Source: Nemertoderma westbladi | Lineage: Eukaryota > Animalia > Xenacoelomorpha | Direction: 5' to 3' | NCBI GenBank assembly: GCA_032718475.1 | Contig: JAUCBJ010008877.1 | Coordinates: forward strand, 28,595 to 92,594 | DNA length: 64,000 nucleotides | Part shown: positions 34,985 to 47,876 of the stretch, piece by piece | How positions within the stretch are numbered: position 1 is the first letter of the stretch | Layout: each line of letters starts with the position of its first letter | Notes under the pieces: model-generated | What the model was told of the DNA's origin: nothing | Seen by the model: only the letters and a program-made list of their open reading frames with translations | Database searches by the model: none | Translations under genes and position numbers: made by a program

Positions 34985-35742
34985 TAAATAATACAGTCCC
35001 AATCCCAATAAGCATTAACTTGGTCATTTTGGCGGCCAAAATGACCGAAATGGCCAAATATAAATTGCGGCATTCATGAAAGGAACTTCTGAGGCAAGTT
35101 GGCTTGTCAATCACAGCCAGTGAATAGAGGCTGAGTGTAAGTAAAGCCCAGTATGTTGGCAGATAGAAAAAGGCTTCACCGGACATTCCCTCTCCAACCC
35201 CCCACCCGGACAGTTCCGTTCCGTTCGAGTAGGACACGTTTATTTTTCATCTTGTAAGGTAAACGGACCGCTTGTATCCAGACAAGTTTTACAGTATCCA
35301 ATATCCCTTTATATTTTGCATCCCGATTTTACATTTTGTATCCAATTTTTATTTATGAATTTCATCAATTCAATTACACTGTATTGTTCGTTAATCTTTA
35401 AACAATTATGTAATTACTGTAGATATACTGTTTTGTTTACTAGAGTTATAATAATTAATAGTTTTAATTATGAGCATTATTATATAATTGTTTTCTTCAA
35501 ATTGATGCAGATGGAGTTGACTATTATTGATGCAATCAAAATTTATACCTCTCCAGGGGAAAATCGACATGCGTCGACCTGTATTCTGTGTTCAGCATTA
35601 ATGCATGTTAAATCGCTTCGCCAAAACGACCAAGTAGCCCACAGGAATACACTACATTTTTTTGGCGATTTTAGTCATTTTTGCCGCCAAAACGACCAAG
35701 TTAATGCTTATTGGGATTGGGAATGTATGACATTATTATTTG
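34985..35742. mobile_element. MITE-like element with inverted arms of about 70 bp
   Basis: tcccaatcccaataagcattaacttggtcattttggcggc (about 34997) is mirrored by gccgccaaaacgaccaagttaatgcttattgggattggga (about 35683-35722). Exact termini unresolved. Confidence 0.55.
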
Positions 35743-36314
35743 AAAAAAAAAATTCAGAAAAACGACCATCTTGTGCCAAATTACTCCCTTTAAGGGGGGG
35801 GGGGGGGGGGGGGTACACCATTTTCGAACAACTCTTCGATTTATCACTCTTAGCGTTTCAAAATTGTTTGGTTTCGGCTAAAATTTTGAATACTGTATAG
35901 GTGCCTAAGATGCTATTCTACATGCCAGGTCAGAAAATTTTTTTTTTTCGCTATTTAATATTAGTTAATACTAGTTAACAATAAAAAAAACTTGGTTGCG
36001 CTTAAAACCCTAAGGCTTTTACAGTTTTGAATCTAATCACATGAAAGTTTTTTTATATGATATATCAAAGATGGGGCAACATAACTATCAGGCGAAATTT
36101 TGGGAAAATAATTCTGCACCGCAGAATTATTTACGTTACGGTAATACGCAAATTATTTTTTTCGGAATTCAGAAACGTAACGTAATTTGGAAATTATTCC
36201 GAAATGTAATAGCGTAACGTAAAAAATTCAGTTTTTCAAACGTAACGTAACGTAACGTACAGTATAACATCCTTGATCAGTTGTTTAAAACAAGTGTGAC
36301 GGTACTGTATGAAG

Positions 36315-36700
36315 GTTAAAAGAACAGGTTACAGAGGCATGCTTTTCTAACCACAACAATAAAAGATCACTTTACCAATTGAGGGAAAGGAGCAGGTTAC
36401 ATAGACGGCAATTTCTAACCAAACCAATAAATGATAACATTACTAAGTGAGTGAAAGGAACAGATTACAGAGGCAGGCTTTTCTAACCAAAACAATTAAC
36501 AGAAGTAGGCTTTTCTAAAACAATAAACGTTCGCTTTACCAAAAGAGGGAAAGGAACAGGTTGCAGAGGCGGGATTTTCTAACCCATCCAAAACAATATA
36601 CGATCACTTTAACAATTAAGAGAAAAGATAAGGTTACAGGCGGGCTTTTCAAACCAAAACAATAAACGATTATTTAACAATTTAGGAAATGGATTATTTT
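36315..36700. repeat. Degenerate tandem repeat of about 65 bp
   Basis: aaaggaacaggttacagaggcaggcttttctaaccaaaacaataaacgatcactttac variants, about 6 copies. Confidence 0.75.
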
Positions 36701-37016
36701 ACGGCGGCATGATTTTATGTATATTTGTAAATATCCTTTATTGGGACAACATCTTTCATCCTGTCTTTTTGGCTAAATACGGCCCGATGGGACTATCCAA
36801 GTTGGAATGAGTAGTTTTTTCTACCACATACTGTAGGAGTTTGTGGACTGATCTGTTCTGTTGGAACTAGCGGTGCGGCTATCCGTAATACTGTAGTACA
36901 CAGACAGTAGATACATTATAAACTGATAAATGTGAAAGGTACAGTAAACCCTGTTTGGCCTATTAATTATTTGAAATATATTTCGATAACTATTTAAAAT
37001 GGTTAAACATTTGTTT

Positions 37017-37316
37017 TGTTTGCGCTTTTAGACCTTTAGCAGTTTAACCTGCCAATTTTAGTTGTCCTCTTGTTTATAAATCGACTTTAGCCTATATCAA
37101 TTACTTAGTGTACTGAAGTTACATCAGCCGAAGCCAGTCTGTGCGCGATCATTCACCCACAGTTAAGGGAGACTGGATTCGGGTGCTTTGATAGTGATTG
37201 CGGTGTAGACCTACTGTATTATTCGATTGATCTTTACGATATAATCTCTGACAATATATTTACTTTCGGGGAAATATTAAAAGTTCCTTTAGGACGTGGC
37301 GCTTTAAGTATAAAAA
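37017..37316 (-). repeat. Truncated 3' LTR of copy 2 (distal 300 bp only)
   Basis: Matches 59594-59894 with scattered substitutions; joined at ..tataaaaac.. directly to the small accessory ORF. Confidence 0.88.
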
Positions 37317-38099
37317 CTTTCAGTCCAATTCACGCGTGAGCTGTTCCTTTGACATTGGCGGTTCGATATAACGCCATCGTCCTCCGTGGTATGTTGACTA
37401 GCGTCGCCGCTTATTAAACTATCAACAAACGCTTGCAATGGTAGGGTATATCGCTCCCTGATACCAAGATCATCTTCTATTAACTCAGTCATAGCTGCTA
37501 TATGAGTTTATCAATATTATAATTAATGATATTTACGCCAGCGGTCGTCGCTGCCTCCCCCTCAATGCCCCCGGACAGCGCAAGATCCTCAGCGCTGATT
37601 TACTGGAGGTTCTTGCTACAGAGGCAGGGTAACTTTCACAACTGCGACTCGCTACTGTAAACACACTTTAGTAGTAACATTCACCTATAAATACACAAAT
37701 TCCACATTCCTGTCACAAATTGTACACATTCGGGCCATTTGTCCGTTAGTCAAGTGCCTTCCAGAATGCCACGTTATTATTATGTATCCCTGGATACTAG
37801 CAGGGTGCTATTTATTCCGTATGCTATTCAATGGGGCAAGCTTTCTGGGTTTGTCTTTTTGCCGTATGTCTACGTATTTGAAAGAGTTCCCGTAGCCTAC
37901 CGTAGGATACCGTATGTGAGAGGTATTTGCCCGTATTCAGGAAGCAGTAGTCAGTGCACTACTTACCGCTTACGGTACTGTACCTGGCAACCTGGCCTGT
38001 TTTAAGTGTTTTTATACTACGTGTTCTATGCTCCCGGTACCGGGGGTTTGGAAATTCTCTGCGAGTTTTATTTTCTTTTTTCAAGGATATTTTTTATTA

Positions 38100-38545
38100 T
38101 TTATCATTATTATGAAATAATGATAATAATTATTATGAAATATAATGATAATAATTATTATGAAATGATGATAATAATTATTATGAAATATAATGATAAT
38201 GATAATAATTATTATGAAATACTGATAATAATTATTATGAAATAATGATAATAATTATTATGAAATAATGATAATAATTATTATGAAATTCTGATAATAA
38301 TTATTATGAAATATAATGATAATAATTATTATGAAATGTTGATAATAATTATTGTGAAATATAATGATAATAATTATTATGAAATATAATGATAATAATT
38401 ATTATGAAATACTGATAATAATTATTATGAAATAATGATAATAATTATTATGAAATAATGATAATAATTATTATGAAATGATGATAATAATTATTATGAA
38501 ATATAATGATAATAATTATTTTGAAATAATCATAATAATTATTAT
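38100..38545. repeat. AT-rich minisatellite (ATGATAATAATTATTATGAAAT units)
   Basis: About 20 copies of a 21-25 bp unit. Confidence 0.95.
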
Positions 38546-38869
38546 ACTGTTCGGTGATGGCTGAAAGTTGATTCGCCCAGTCTAGTATAACACGAAGTGG
38601 GGCCTTCGCGCAGCACGTGACTTAAACTTATGTTAAGTTTTTACTCGAAAGAAAGATTTGCAAAATGTAAACTTGTCTCCTAGTCACAATAACACATAGA
38701 GGCTGACTGAGTAATTGCAATCGATTTAAGACTTCACAAAAACTCAGTCTGAGGTCTAGAATATATATAAATGTAATAAGAGGTCTAGAATATATGTAAA
38801 TGTAAAAGTAAAAAAGCAGGCCTACATTTTCTTCGACTATTAGGCCAGGGATTACGCACAAAGTCTGGC

Positions 38870-39085
38870 AACTTCTTTCCAGTGCGGTCCCCCAAAACTT
38901 TACTCCCCAGAGGAAACTCCAGTACTCATTTAGCTACCACTTAAGGATGCAAGGCAGAATGCGCCCTGGCTGGTCCCTTTAAAGCATTCGTACCGAAACG
39001 AAAACTGCCCTGGCCCATGCGTGGATTGTACCCACGACCTACTAGAGATTTGAATTCCATGCAACCACTACTGCACTACACCAAG
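38870..39085 (-). mobile_element. Possible degenerate SINE-like fragment
   Basis: ctttactccccagaggaaactccagtactcattt...ggattgtacccacgacc...accactactgcactac resembles a reverse-oriented tRNA-derived SINE; recognised by pattern only. Confidence 0.3.
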
Positions 39086-41049
39086 GTGTGACCTATGTGC
39101 CAGGTATCAGGAAAAGGATTATAAACAATAATACGAAAGGGCTGACGTTTTAATTTCACACATATCTAAAATGTTTAATTTCAGCCCACTAGCGGTAGAC
39201 TGGAGAACTGCCGAGAGAATACCATCCCAACAAAGATGCTACCTATGTATGGTCTACGGTCCAGCATGTCTGCCAAGTATCAGCTTGAATGGATAAAAAA
39301 TAACCAAATGAGAGAACGTTTTTACTTTCAGACATTTCAACCTCTTGCGGCAAACTGGAGAACTGCGAACCGATCAAATTCTTCACACAGTCGAACCATG
39401 TGGTCTGGTACATATTTGCCAAGATTCGGCTTTAAGCAGATTAAGATCAAAGGAACTGGACGGTTAATACTTTCATACATTTCGCCCTCTAGCGACATAC
39501 TGGAATACTGCAGACTGACCGATTACAGAGACCACAAAGATACAGGATGTGTTCTAGCACATATTACAACTTTCAGCTTGTATGGATCATAAATAACGGA
39601 ATGGGTCAATAATTTCATTTTCAGGTATTTCGCTCTCTAGCGGAAGACAAGAGAACTATAGACTGGTTAGCCCCCTTTGAATGCCACAGCTAATGGTCTA
39701 TATAGTACATATCTGCCAAGTTTCAGCTTGTACGGATTAAAAGCAAAGAAATTGGAGGACATTTAATGTTTAGACATGTTGGTAACTGAACTGATGAACT
39801 GGGTTTCTTAAAGTTTTTAAAAAATCTCACCTTTTGGTCCTGTAATAATGCCAACAAATTTTCAACACGACACGGCTTTAAATCCGACAAAGTTATTAGC
39901 ATGTCAAATCGTAATGAAAACTACGTCGCGGCGTCTACAACTATTTGTCATTATTGTCCCACCCCTAACATTGTCAGTTCACTAAGGCTCCGGCAACGTC
40001 GTATTTCACCCCACAAAGCGCGAGCTGTATAATCTTAGCACAGTACATCCGGCTCGCTGTATTACAGTATTTACCTGTACTGTACGTACAGGTCTATAAA
40101 CATGGATAAATAGGCCAGGTACAGTACCGTGAGATTTAGCCATAGTGCTGCAGTGCACTGACTACTGCTTCCTGAATACGGGCAAATACGTCCCAAATAC
40201 GGTAGCCTACGGTAGGCTACGCGAACTATTTCAAATACGTACATATACATGTACGGCAAAAAGACAAACCCGAGCTTTCTATTGTTCTTTTAACTCGCTT
40301 CTAATTCTAGCGTGGTTGTTGCTCCGCGTGTCCTCCGCTCATCGTTGGATACGTTCGTCCAAAACTCTCGCCGAGAATAGGGTCGTCCAAGTTCAATATC
40401 GTCTTAGAGATTCGGGATTTCCCAATCGAACTGGGATAAAGCCAATCCGTTTACCGCTTGGACTTGCTGTTATAACTTACGTTTATCTGAACAAACGTAG
40501 GTTTCTTTTCTGATCTTTGTAGAATAGCGTCTAACTCGTTTCGTACAACGCTCTCATCCACCTTGATGACGGGTTGTATCGTGTTAAACGGGGGCGATTA
40601 CGATTATACGGTTGAATGGCGATATCAGGTGCCCGTGCCCCAATCCGGCCAGGTAAGATGGGCGGATATTTAGGGAGCCCACAACCGGAGTGCCACCGAC
40701 TAACGGTTCGGATAACACTGGATCTCTGAACGCTGAGTACAGCTCGGGAGGATCCGTCATACTAATAGGATCAAGAGCCTGAGGTCTCACTAGGGAATGA
40801 GGAGGTCTGATCGAGTATTCCGGAACTCTGATCATAGGTTTATTTAAGGATCGTTTGAGCCGAGCGAGCGTAGGTGATACATCGAACAAGTTTCGGTTTC
40901 CGTGGATGTTTATGTCTTTCCGTTTATTAGTTGGGTCTAGGACATTTATCGTAATAATACCAAAGACGCACGTCTGGTAGGGGAAACGCGGGTGATATTT
41001 ATTTGTTGTTACAATGCTTCTATCAAGAATTCCAAATATACGTTGGAGT

Positions 41050-41432
41050 TACCGCGTCCATTTGTTTCTTTAGTGTCTTTTCTTTCGAGTCGATTTCGAA
41101 TATAATTTTCGCATTTGAATTTCAGTTTATGGTTCCGACTCCGCTGGGCAGGATATATGGTCGACATAGTCCGTATCGTGTAAATCGATAGAATGGCCAG
41201 TGGTTAAGAAGTCCATATACGTACCATTACGATGCGTATAGCGAGTAGTGAATTTTCCATAGTCCAATTCACGCGTAAGTTGCTTCTAGGAAATCGTCGG
41301 TTCGATATAACGACCATCGTCCTCCGTAGTAGTTGGACTAGCGTCGCCGCGTATCAAGCTATCAACAAACGCTTGTAAAGGTAGAGTATATCGCTCCCCG
41401 ATACCAAGACCATCTTCTATCAACTCCGTCAT
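41050..41432 (-). pseudogene. Disrupted homologue of the 132-aa accessory ORF
   Basis: MTELIEDGLGIGERYTLPLQAFVDSLIRGD... with an in-frame TAG and a downstream deletion. Confidence 0.8.
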
Positions 41433-42246
41433 ATCTGCTATATATGAGTTTATTAATATTATAATGAGCTTATAATTAGGCTAGCGAGCGTCGCTGCCTA
41501 CCCCAATCAGCCCCCGGACAGTGTAAGATCCTCAGCGCAAATGTATCGTCGTCACTGTGTTTTCGCCAACGTTGTAGCTACACAATGACAACGACACTAG
41601 CACAAGTCACTCCACTGTCCGTCCCAAAGGCTTAGATACACTTCAGGTTCTTACTGGAGAGTTAGGGTTACTTTCACAATTGCGACTCGCTACTGTAAAC
41701 ACACCTTAGTAGTAACATTCGCCTATAAACTCACAAATTCCACACACACAACTGTAACAAATTACACACACTCGGGTCATTTGTCCGTTAGTCAGTGCCT
41801 TCCAGAATGTCACGTTATTATCATGTATCCTTGGATACTAGCAGTGCGCTATTTATTCCGTATGCTATTCAATGAGCAGGCCTTTTATTGTTCTGTTAAC
41901 TCGCTTCTAATTCTAGCGTGGTTGTTGCTATGGTGACATTATGGAAAGCTAGCGGTAGAATTAGGGTAATTCCCATGCATACAGATCTGGGATGCTATTT
42001 AATAGTAATTCTTTAATTGTCAATATTCCCCTTATACAGGATTTTATGAATTTTTATCGGCTATTGACTGTACACTGGAGATTCTCTCACACTAATATAC
42101 TTAATAGGGTGAATCTCCGCTCCCATGATCTATTAATTAATATAATTTTGGGAATGTTATAAATTGTATAAAATGACAATTTATCAAATTCATGAGAGGA
42201 TATTAATTTAAAATTTATTCCCGTAAATTTTATTATTTGATATTAA

Positions 42247-43670
42247 CCCTATTAGCACTGGGGGGGGGGGGGGGGGGCCGAATCGGCCCCTTCCTAGTTT
42301 TTAGTTGCTGTAACTATGCAACCACATTACGTACCGGCCCAATTTTTTGTGAGAATTAGCCAAATTTAATGCCGCATCTTTTGCAAAAAACGCCGTTGCA
42401 ATTGGATTTCTACTTTTCGATGTGGGTGCCACCTCAAAATTTGGTCTCCAGCACCAAATTTTTTGAAATTTTCGAATTTTACAAAGTCATTCGTGATTTA
42501 GTAATTATTTATGTTTGGGCTATTTTTATTTATTTTTATTGGTTTGGATCACTCTAATGTTCTATACAAGTATGTAAGTGTAGTGGTTCGCCATTTTTGG
42601 TGCACCAAAATTAGGGCGTGGCACTTCAAATTTTGAAAAATACGAGATTCGGAAAATACACTAAAGTTTTGATTTGCAAAGCATTTTTATAGGTTTTCTG
42701 GAGCGCTGAATCGATTGAAAGTAATATAGAAGCCTGAAGACTTAGTGGTTCGCCATTTTTGGTGCACCAAAATTAGGGCGTGGCACTTCAAATTTTGAAA
42801 AATACGAGATTCGGAAAATTCACTAAAGTTTTGATTTCAAATTAATTTTATAGGTTTTCTGGAGCGCTGAATCGATTGAAAGTAATATAGAAGCCTCAAA
42901 TCCTTTGTGTACGTAATTTTCGGTGCACCAAAATTAGGGCGTGGCACTTCAAATTTTCAAAATTACTTTATTCGGAAAAAACACTAAAGTTTTGATTTCA
43001 AAAAATGGCTAACTTCTAAGTCTTCAGGCTTCTATATTACTTTCAATCGATTCAGCGGTCTGGAAAACCTATATAAATTCGTTAAAATTTCAATTTTGGT
43101 TTATTTTCCGAATCTCGTATTTTTCAAAATTTGAAGTGCCACGCCCTAATTTTGGTGCACCAAAAATGGCGAACCACTCAGTCTTCAGGCTTCTATATTA
43201 CTTTCAATCGATTCAGCGGCCCAGAAAACCCATAAAGATGCGTTGAAATAAAAAAATTAGGGGCATTTTCTGAATATCTAATTTTTCAAAATTTGAAGTG
43301 CCACGCCCACTTCTTAGGTGCACGAAAAATAGCATCCACTTCAATTTTTGGAAGTGGAATATAATCACATTCGATTCAGCGTCTTGAAAAACCTACTAAA
43401 TCTAGCCAACACTGCCACACTATTAGTTTTTAGAAAACGAAAAATTTTGTAATTTTGTCCTGGGACTACTTTTATTTTTCATCAAAATTATGAGACCCTG
43501 CTTATGAAATTTTAATTTTTTAAGGTTTGGTAGTGTCCATCTATAGTTGTTTCACCAACAGCCCAAATTTTGTAGGATTTCATTGGACGACTACAAAAAT
43601 ATAGTGGGTGGGCCGAATCGGCCCCCCCCCCAGTGGTGCTAATGGTCAAAACACCCCAGTGGTAATAGGG
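42247..43670. mobile_element. Non-autonomous piggyBac-like element (TTAA TSD) with internal repeats of about 165 bp
   Basis: TTAA|CCCTATTAGCACTGGGG ... CCCCAGTGGTAATAGGG|TTAA; subterminal GGCCGAATCGGCC at both ends; internal ggtgcaccaaaattagggcgtggcacttc units in both orientations. Confidence 0.85.
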
Positions 43671-43674
43671 TTAA

Positions 43675-44006
43675 GGGGGGGGGGGGGGGGGGGGGGGTAG
43701 CGCATTTTCTGACCAAAAAGACGAATTTTTGAAACATATCCTATCTGATGCAGAATTTCATGTTGAATCCAAATATGGAAACCGTTTTCCCATATCTTGC
43801 TTAGTTTTCGAGATATCTGGCATAGAAGATACTGGCTCCGATATATCGCGATATATTGGAGCCAGTCTCTTCTATCCCAGATATCTCGAATAGTAAGCAA
43901 GATATAGGAAAACGGTTTCCATATTTGGATTCAGCATGAAATTCTGCATCAGATAGGATATGTTTCAAAAATTCGACTTTTTGGTCAGAAAATGCGCTAC
44001 CCCCCC
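43675..44006. mobile_element. Palindromic MITE with GG...CC termini and TTAA flanks (Kolobok-like)
   Basis: TTAA|GGGGGG..TAGCGCATTTTCTGACCAAAAAG ... CTTTTTGGTCAGAAAATGCGCTACCCCCC|TTAA; nearly the whole element folds back on itself. Confidence 0.8.
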
Positions 44007-47000
44007 TTAAAATAGACACAATTTTATTCCAAAACATGTTTGGGGACTAGGATCCTTAATTCTAGGAATTTTGTCTTTTTAAGAGTATCGGTAAGTGCTA
44101 CGATATCTTAATCGACTAGAATTTTAAAGGATCTAAATTTTAACAGATTATTGATTTATAGATTTTCTAGAGTCAATTTGTTAGCATTTACTCTAATGTA
44201 ACATTTGTTTTAACAGATTTTATAAATATTTATTAAATATTTAATATTTAAGATGGGCACCGATTTATTCCAGAACATGTCTGGGGACGTTAACCACTGA
44301 TTCTAGAATTTTGTCTTTTAAGGATATCGGTGGGTGCCGCAATATCTTAATCGACTAGAATTTCAGATGGTCAAAGGGTTTAACAGATTTATTTTGCGTT
44401 TTAACGCTACTGTTAAATGGAAATCATTCTACTATATGAATTATTTAATATACGGTATGAGAGCAATATTGCAAGAAGCAATGTCAGTGAGAAGAGGCAA
44501 GTCGTTTCCAAGGTCTACCCAGAGCTTGGTTTAGCCGAGACGGTATTGTACTTTTAATAAGTACGGACATTTCATCTTACTGTAGTCATGTATTTATAAT
44601 ATGATACGGACAGTAAGGAAAGAGAAAATAAATTATTTCTCGCCGTTAAACGAAATATATTATGCTAAGTAATTAAGTAATAAACACGAATATATATTGC
44701 ACTAATCTACTGAATAATCGTTAAAATAATATTCTACTAAATAAAATTAAAGAAAACGATTATAATAATAAAATTACGTAATAATACATACATAAATATA
44801 AAAATAATAAAACAAATATAAAATAATGTAGTCACACACCCACTCCATACGCTGTTACATTGAGGAGTCCCTAGATGTTTGTTGGATTAGGGAGGTGGTC
44901 GTGGGAAGAGTATCTTGCCTTCCATAGTTTCCGGATAATTCTCGGTCTCTTTCCAGTAAACATATACGACCAACTGGGCGATTAAGTTGTTGTGTTTCGA
45001 ATACAATTCCAGGTTTCTTAAAGTTACGTCGTATGACAACGAGTTCTACCGATCGCACTAAACCATCATCGGAGATATGAGTCTCGATGATACGACCTGT
45101 CTGCCACCTCTTACCTGGAAGATCTGATTCCACAATAAGGACCATGTCTCCGGCGCTGACGTTTTCTTGCTGCGCAAACCACTTTGTTCGAAGTTGTGGC
45201 GTAGGAAGATAATGTTTTTTGAAATGGTCAGCGAAACGACGGGATAATAACTGCATAAGTTGCCAAGTTTGTCGGCAGTATTTGTCTCCGTCCGTGATTT
45301 CCGATTGCGGGAGCATGGCTACAGGTTTCTTTAGTAGGAAATGCGCGGGTGTTAGCTCTTCTAGGGAGTCGGGACTCGATGAGACTGGCATAAGCGGTCT
45401 CTCGTTAAGATAGGCGGCGATTTCTTCCATTAACGTCCGCAAAAGTTCGTCGGTGAGATACGCGCGGCACTATAAAGTGAAATGCGGTCTTTACGCTCCG
45501 TATTAATCTCTTCCAACTTCCTCCCCACCAAGGGGGGTCGGCGGCGTTGAAGTTCCAGCTAGTTGCTGTTACCCTTAGCTGATCGTCCACCTGTCTTAGG
45601 TTCCAATCTTTCACGTGCTTTGATCTCATTATTGGCGCCAATGAAGTTTGCTCCTTTGTCGGATCTCATGGTGTTGCTAGTTCCAAAACGAGCGATCTGT
45701 TGGCGTAAACTCAGTATGAAGCTGTTGGAAGATAGATCGTTCACCATATCTAGATGGATCGCTCTACAAGTCATACAGACAAAGATGACACACCATCGCT
45801 TGACTATAGTCCTAGCACGATATACTTGAATAGGGCCAAATAAATCCACACCAGTATTAGTAAAGGGTGGTTCATAGAAGCTTACTCGTTCCCTAGGTAA
45901 TTCTGCCTCTCTCTGTGTTAAAGGCCTACTGAATGCTTTCCTACAGGGTATACAGTTCCTAAGAATTTTGTTCAGAGCTGATGATGGAAGCATCTTTTAA
46001 GATACACAACGGCCTTGCAAAGCCGATTCCAGGAGCTATAATGATTTATTGCTCTCTGCAGGAGAGGGGAGAGTCCTTGCGTGACATCTGGTGTTCCAGA
46101 TTTCATGTCTCTTTCCCTGATTTCTATAACAGATTTGTTCGTGGCGGGGGAATTTAGATCCACAGCGTCGTCCCCGGAGATGTGTAGTACAGACAGATCT
46201 ATCACGGGTTTAAATAACTTTGATTTACTTGTCCAGGTTTTAGGTTTGACTTTCTCCGCTCCCTTGGCTTGTCTAATCTCAGCCGTGGTGAGATGAGGGG
46301 GCCATTCATCCTCTTCTTTACTCAGGAAGTCGGGTTCACCTAACCAGTCTGGAGTATCTATCAGTTCTTGAGGAGTTGCTCCTCTGGAAGCGATGTCGGC
46401 TGGATTAATCGTCCCAGGGCAATATCTCCATTGATCTACATTAGAGCGACTGAGTATAATGGCTACTCTGTTGGTAACGAAGACGCTAAATTGATAGACT
46501 TCATTTGTTATATACTCCAGAACGAGTAAAGCATCAGTCCAATAGACAGTTTTCTCCAGTGGATAGTCGATCTGTTCTGTTACATTCTGGCCGATGGCTG
46601 TAGCATATAGAGCCGCCTTTAACTCTGCTCTAGGAACTCGTAGTTTGTTGTTTATTAGGGCCTTAGAGGCGACCAAGGCAACTTTAATTCCATCCGGAGT
46701 TTCAACCCTCAGGTAGGCTACTATACCTATTCCCATATCGCTGGCGTCTCCAAACACATGGAGTTGATAGGAATATGTGGGGAGAACGTGACCAAAATAT
46801 GAACGGGAAATCTTAAAGTTCTCGATGGATGGTAGAGAATCTTCCCATTTCATCCACTTCTTTAGTAGTTCTCCCTTAAGTGGATCATCCCACGGGTGGT
46901 TTTCGAGCCACATTTGTTGCACTAAGCTCCGAGCAACTAATATAACTGGGCTAATGAATCCCAATGGGTCGAAGTAAGTGCTCAGGATACTTAGACAAAT

Positions 47001-47876
47001 CCATTTAGTTCTAACTGGATTATCTCGCTGTTTTAACTGAAAAAACAAGATATCTCTCTCCGTGTCCCATTTTAAGCCAAGTGTTTTTGTTTCCGGAAGA
47101 TCGTCCTTAATGAGGTCCAGATCTTTAACGCCTCGGTCTTCTACTGGGATCGATTCCAGAAACTCACGGGAGTTACTAGTGAATTTGGTTAGCCGAAATC
47201 CACCGCGTTGCAAGCACTCTACCGTTACCTTGGCAACATCAATGGCTTCTTCCACCGATGGGAGGGACTTTAAATTGTTGTCCATGTATATATCCCGTTT
47301 GATGTTGTCGATAAACACTTTAGAGAAGGTGTCACGGTTGTCATCGGCAGTTGTACGCACTACCGAACAAGCGGAAAAAGCGGGGCTCGAGATGATCCCG
47401 AAAGCTTGGATGGTCATCCAATACTCCACCGGTTTTCGGTTGAGGTCTCCTTCAGGCCACCACAGTAATCGTAGGCTGTCTCGATCCCTATCCAGTGCCT
47501 TGACTTGTAAGAACATGCCTTCTATGTCCGAAGCGAATGCGATAGAATATTGCTGCAGTCTCAATAGTATTCCCAACAAGGATTGGAGTAAGTTGGGTCC
47601 TGGCAACAGTTCTGAGTTCAGGAATTGATCCATGTAAAGGGCGGAGCCGTCCCGGACTTCGTTGGGACTTCGTTGGGTTTACCGGGCTTGGGAACGTAAT
47701 GATGTGTTAGATAATACGTTCTCTCCATTATGGGTGTTTCTTCCGGAACTCGCTTTGCGTATCCTTTATCGATAAATTTATTCAGCTGGGTTTTATACAT
47801 TTCTTTGGCTTGAACGTTGGCTGTAAGACGCCGATGTAGTTGCGCGATTCTCTTTTTCGCTAAAGGTCGGTTGTTT

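Larger units (their letters stand above)
37847..40271. mobile_element. Non-autonomous Mutator-like element (long TIRs, 9-bp TSD)
   Basis: TIRs of about 110-150 bp: GGGTTTGTCTTTTTGCCGTA... and ...TACGGCAAAAAGACAAACCC; TSD AAGCTTTCT (37838-37846) / GAGCTTTCT (40272-40280); it splits a contiguous BEL 3'-region sequence. Confidence 0.85.

Noticed and set aside
34830-35900. 135-aa and 194-aa ORFs
   Set aside because: AT-rich low-information translations overlapping MITE-like inverted repeats, with no protein motifs.
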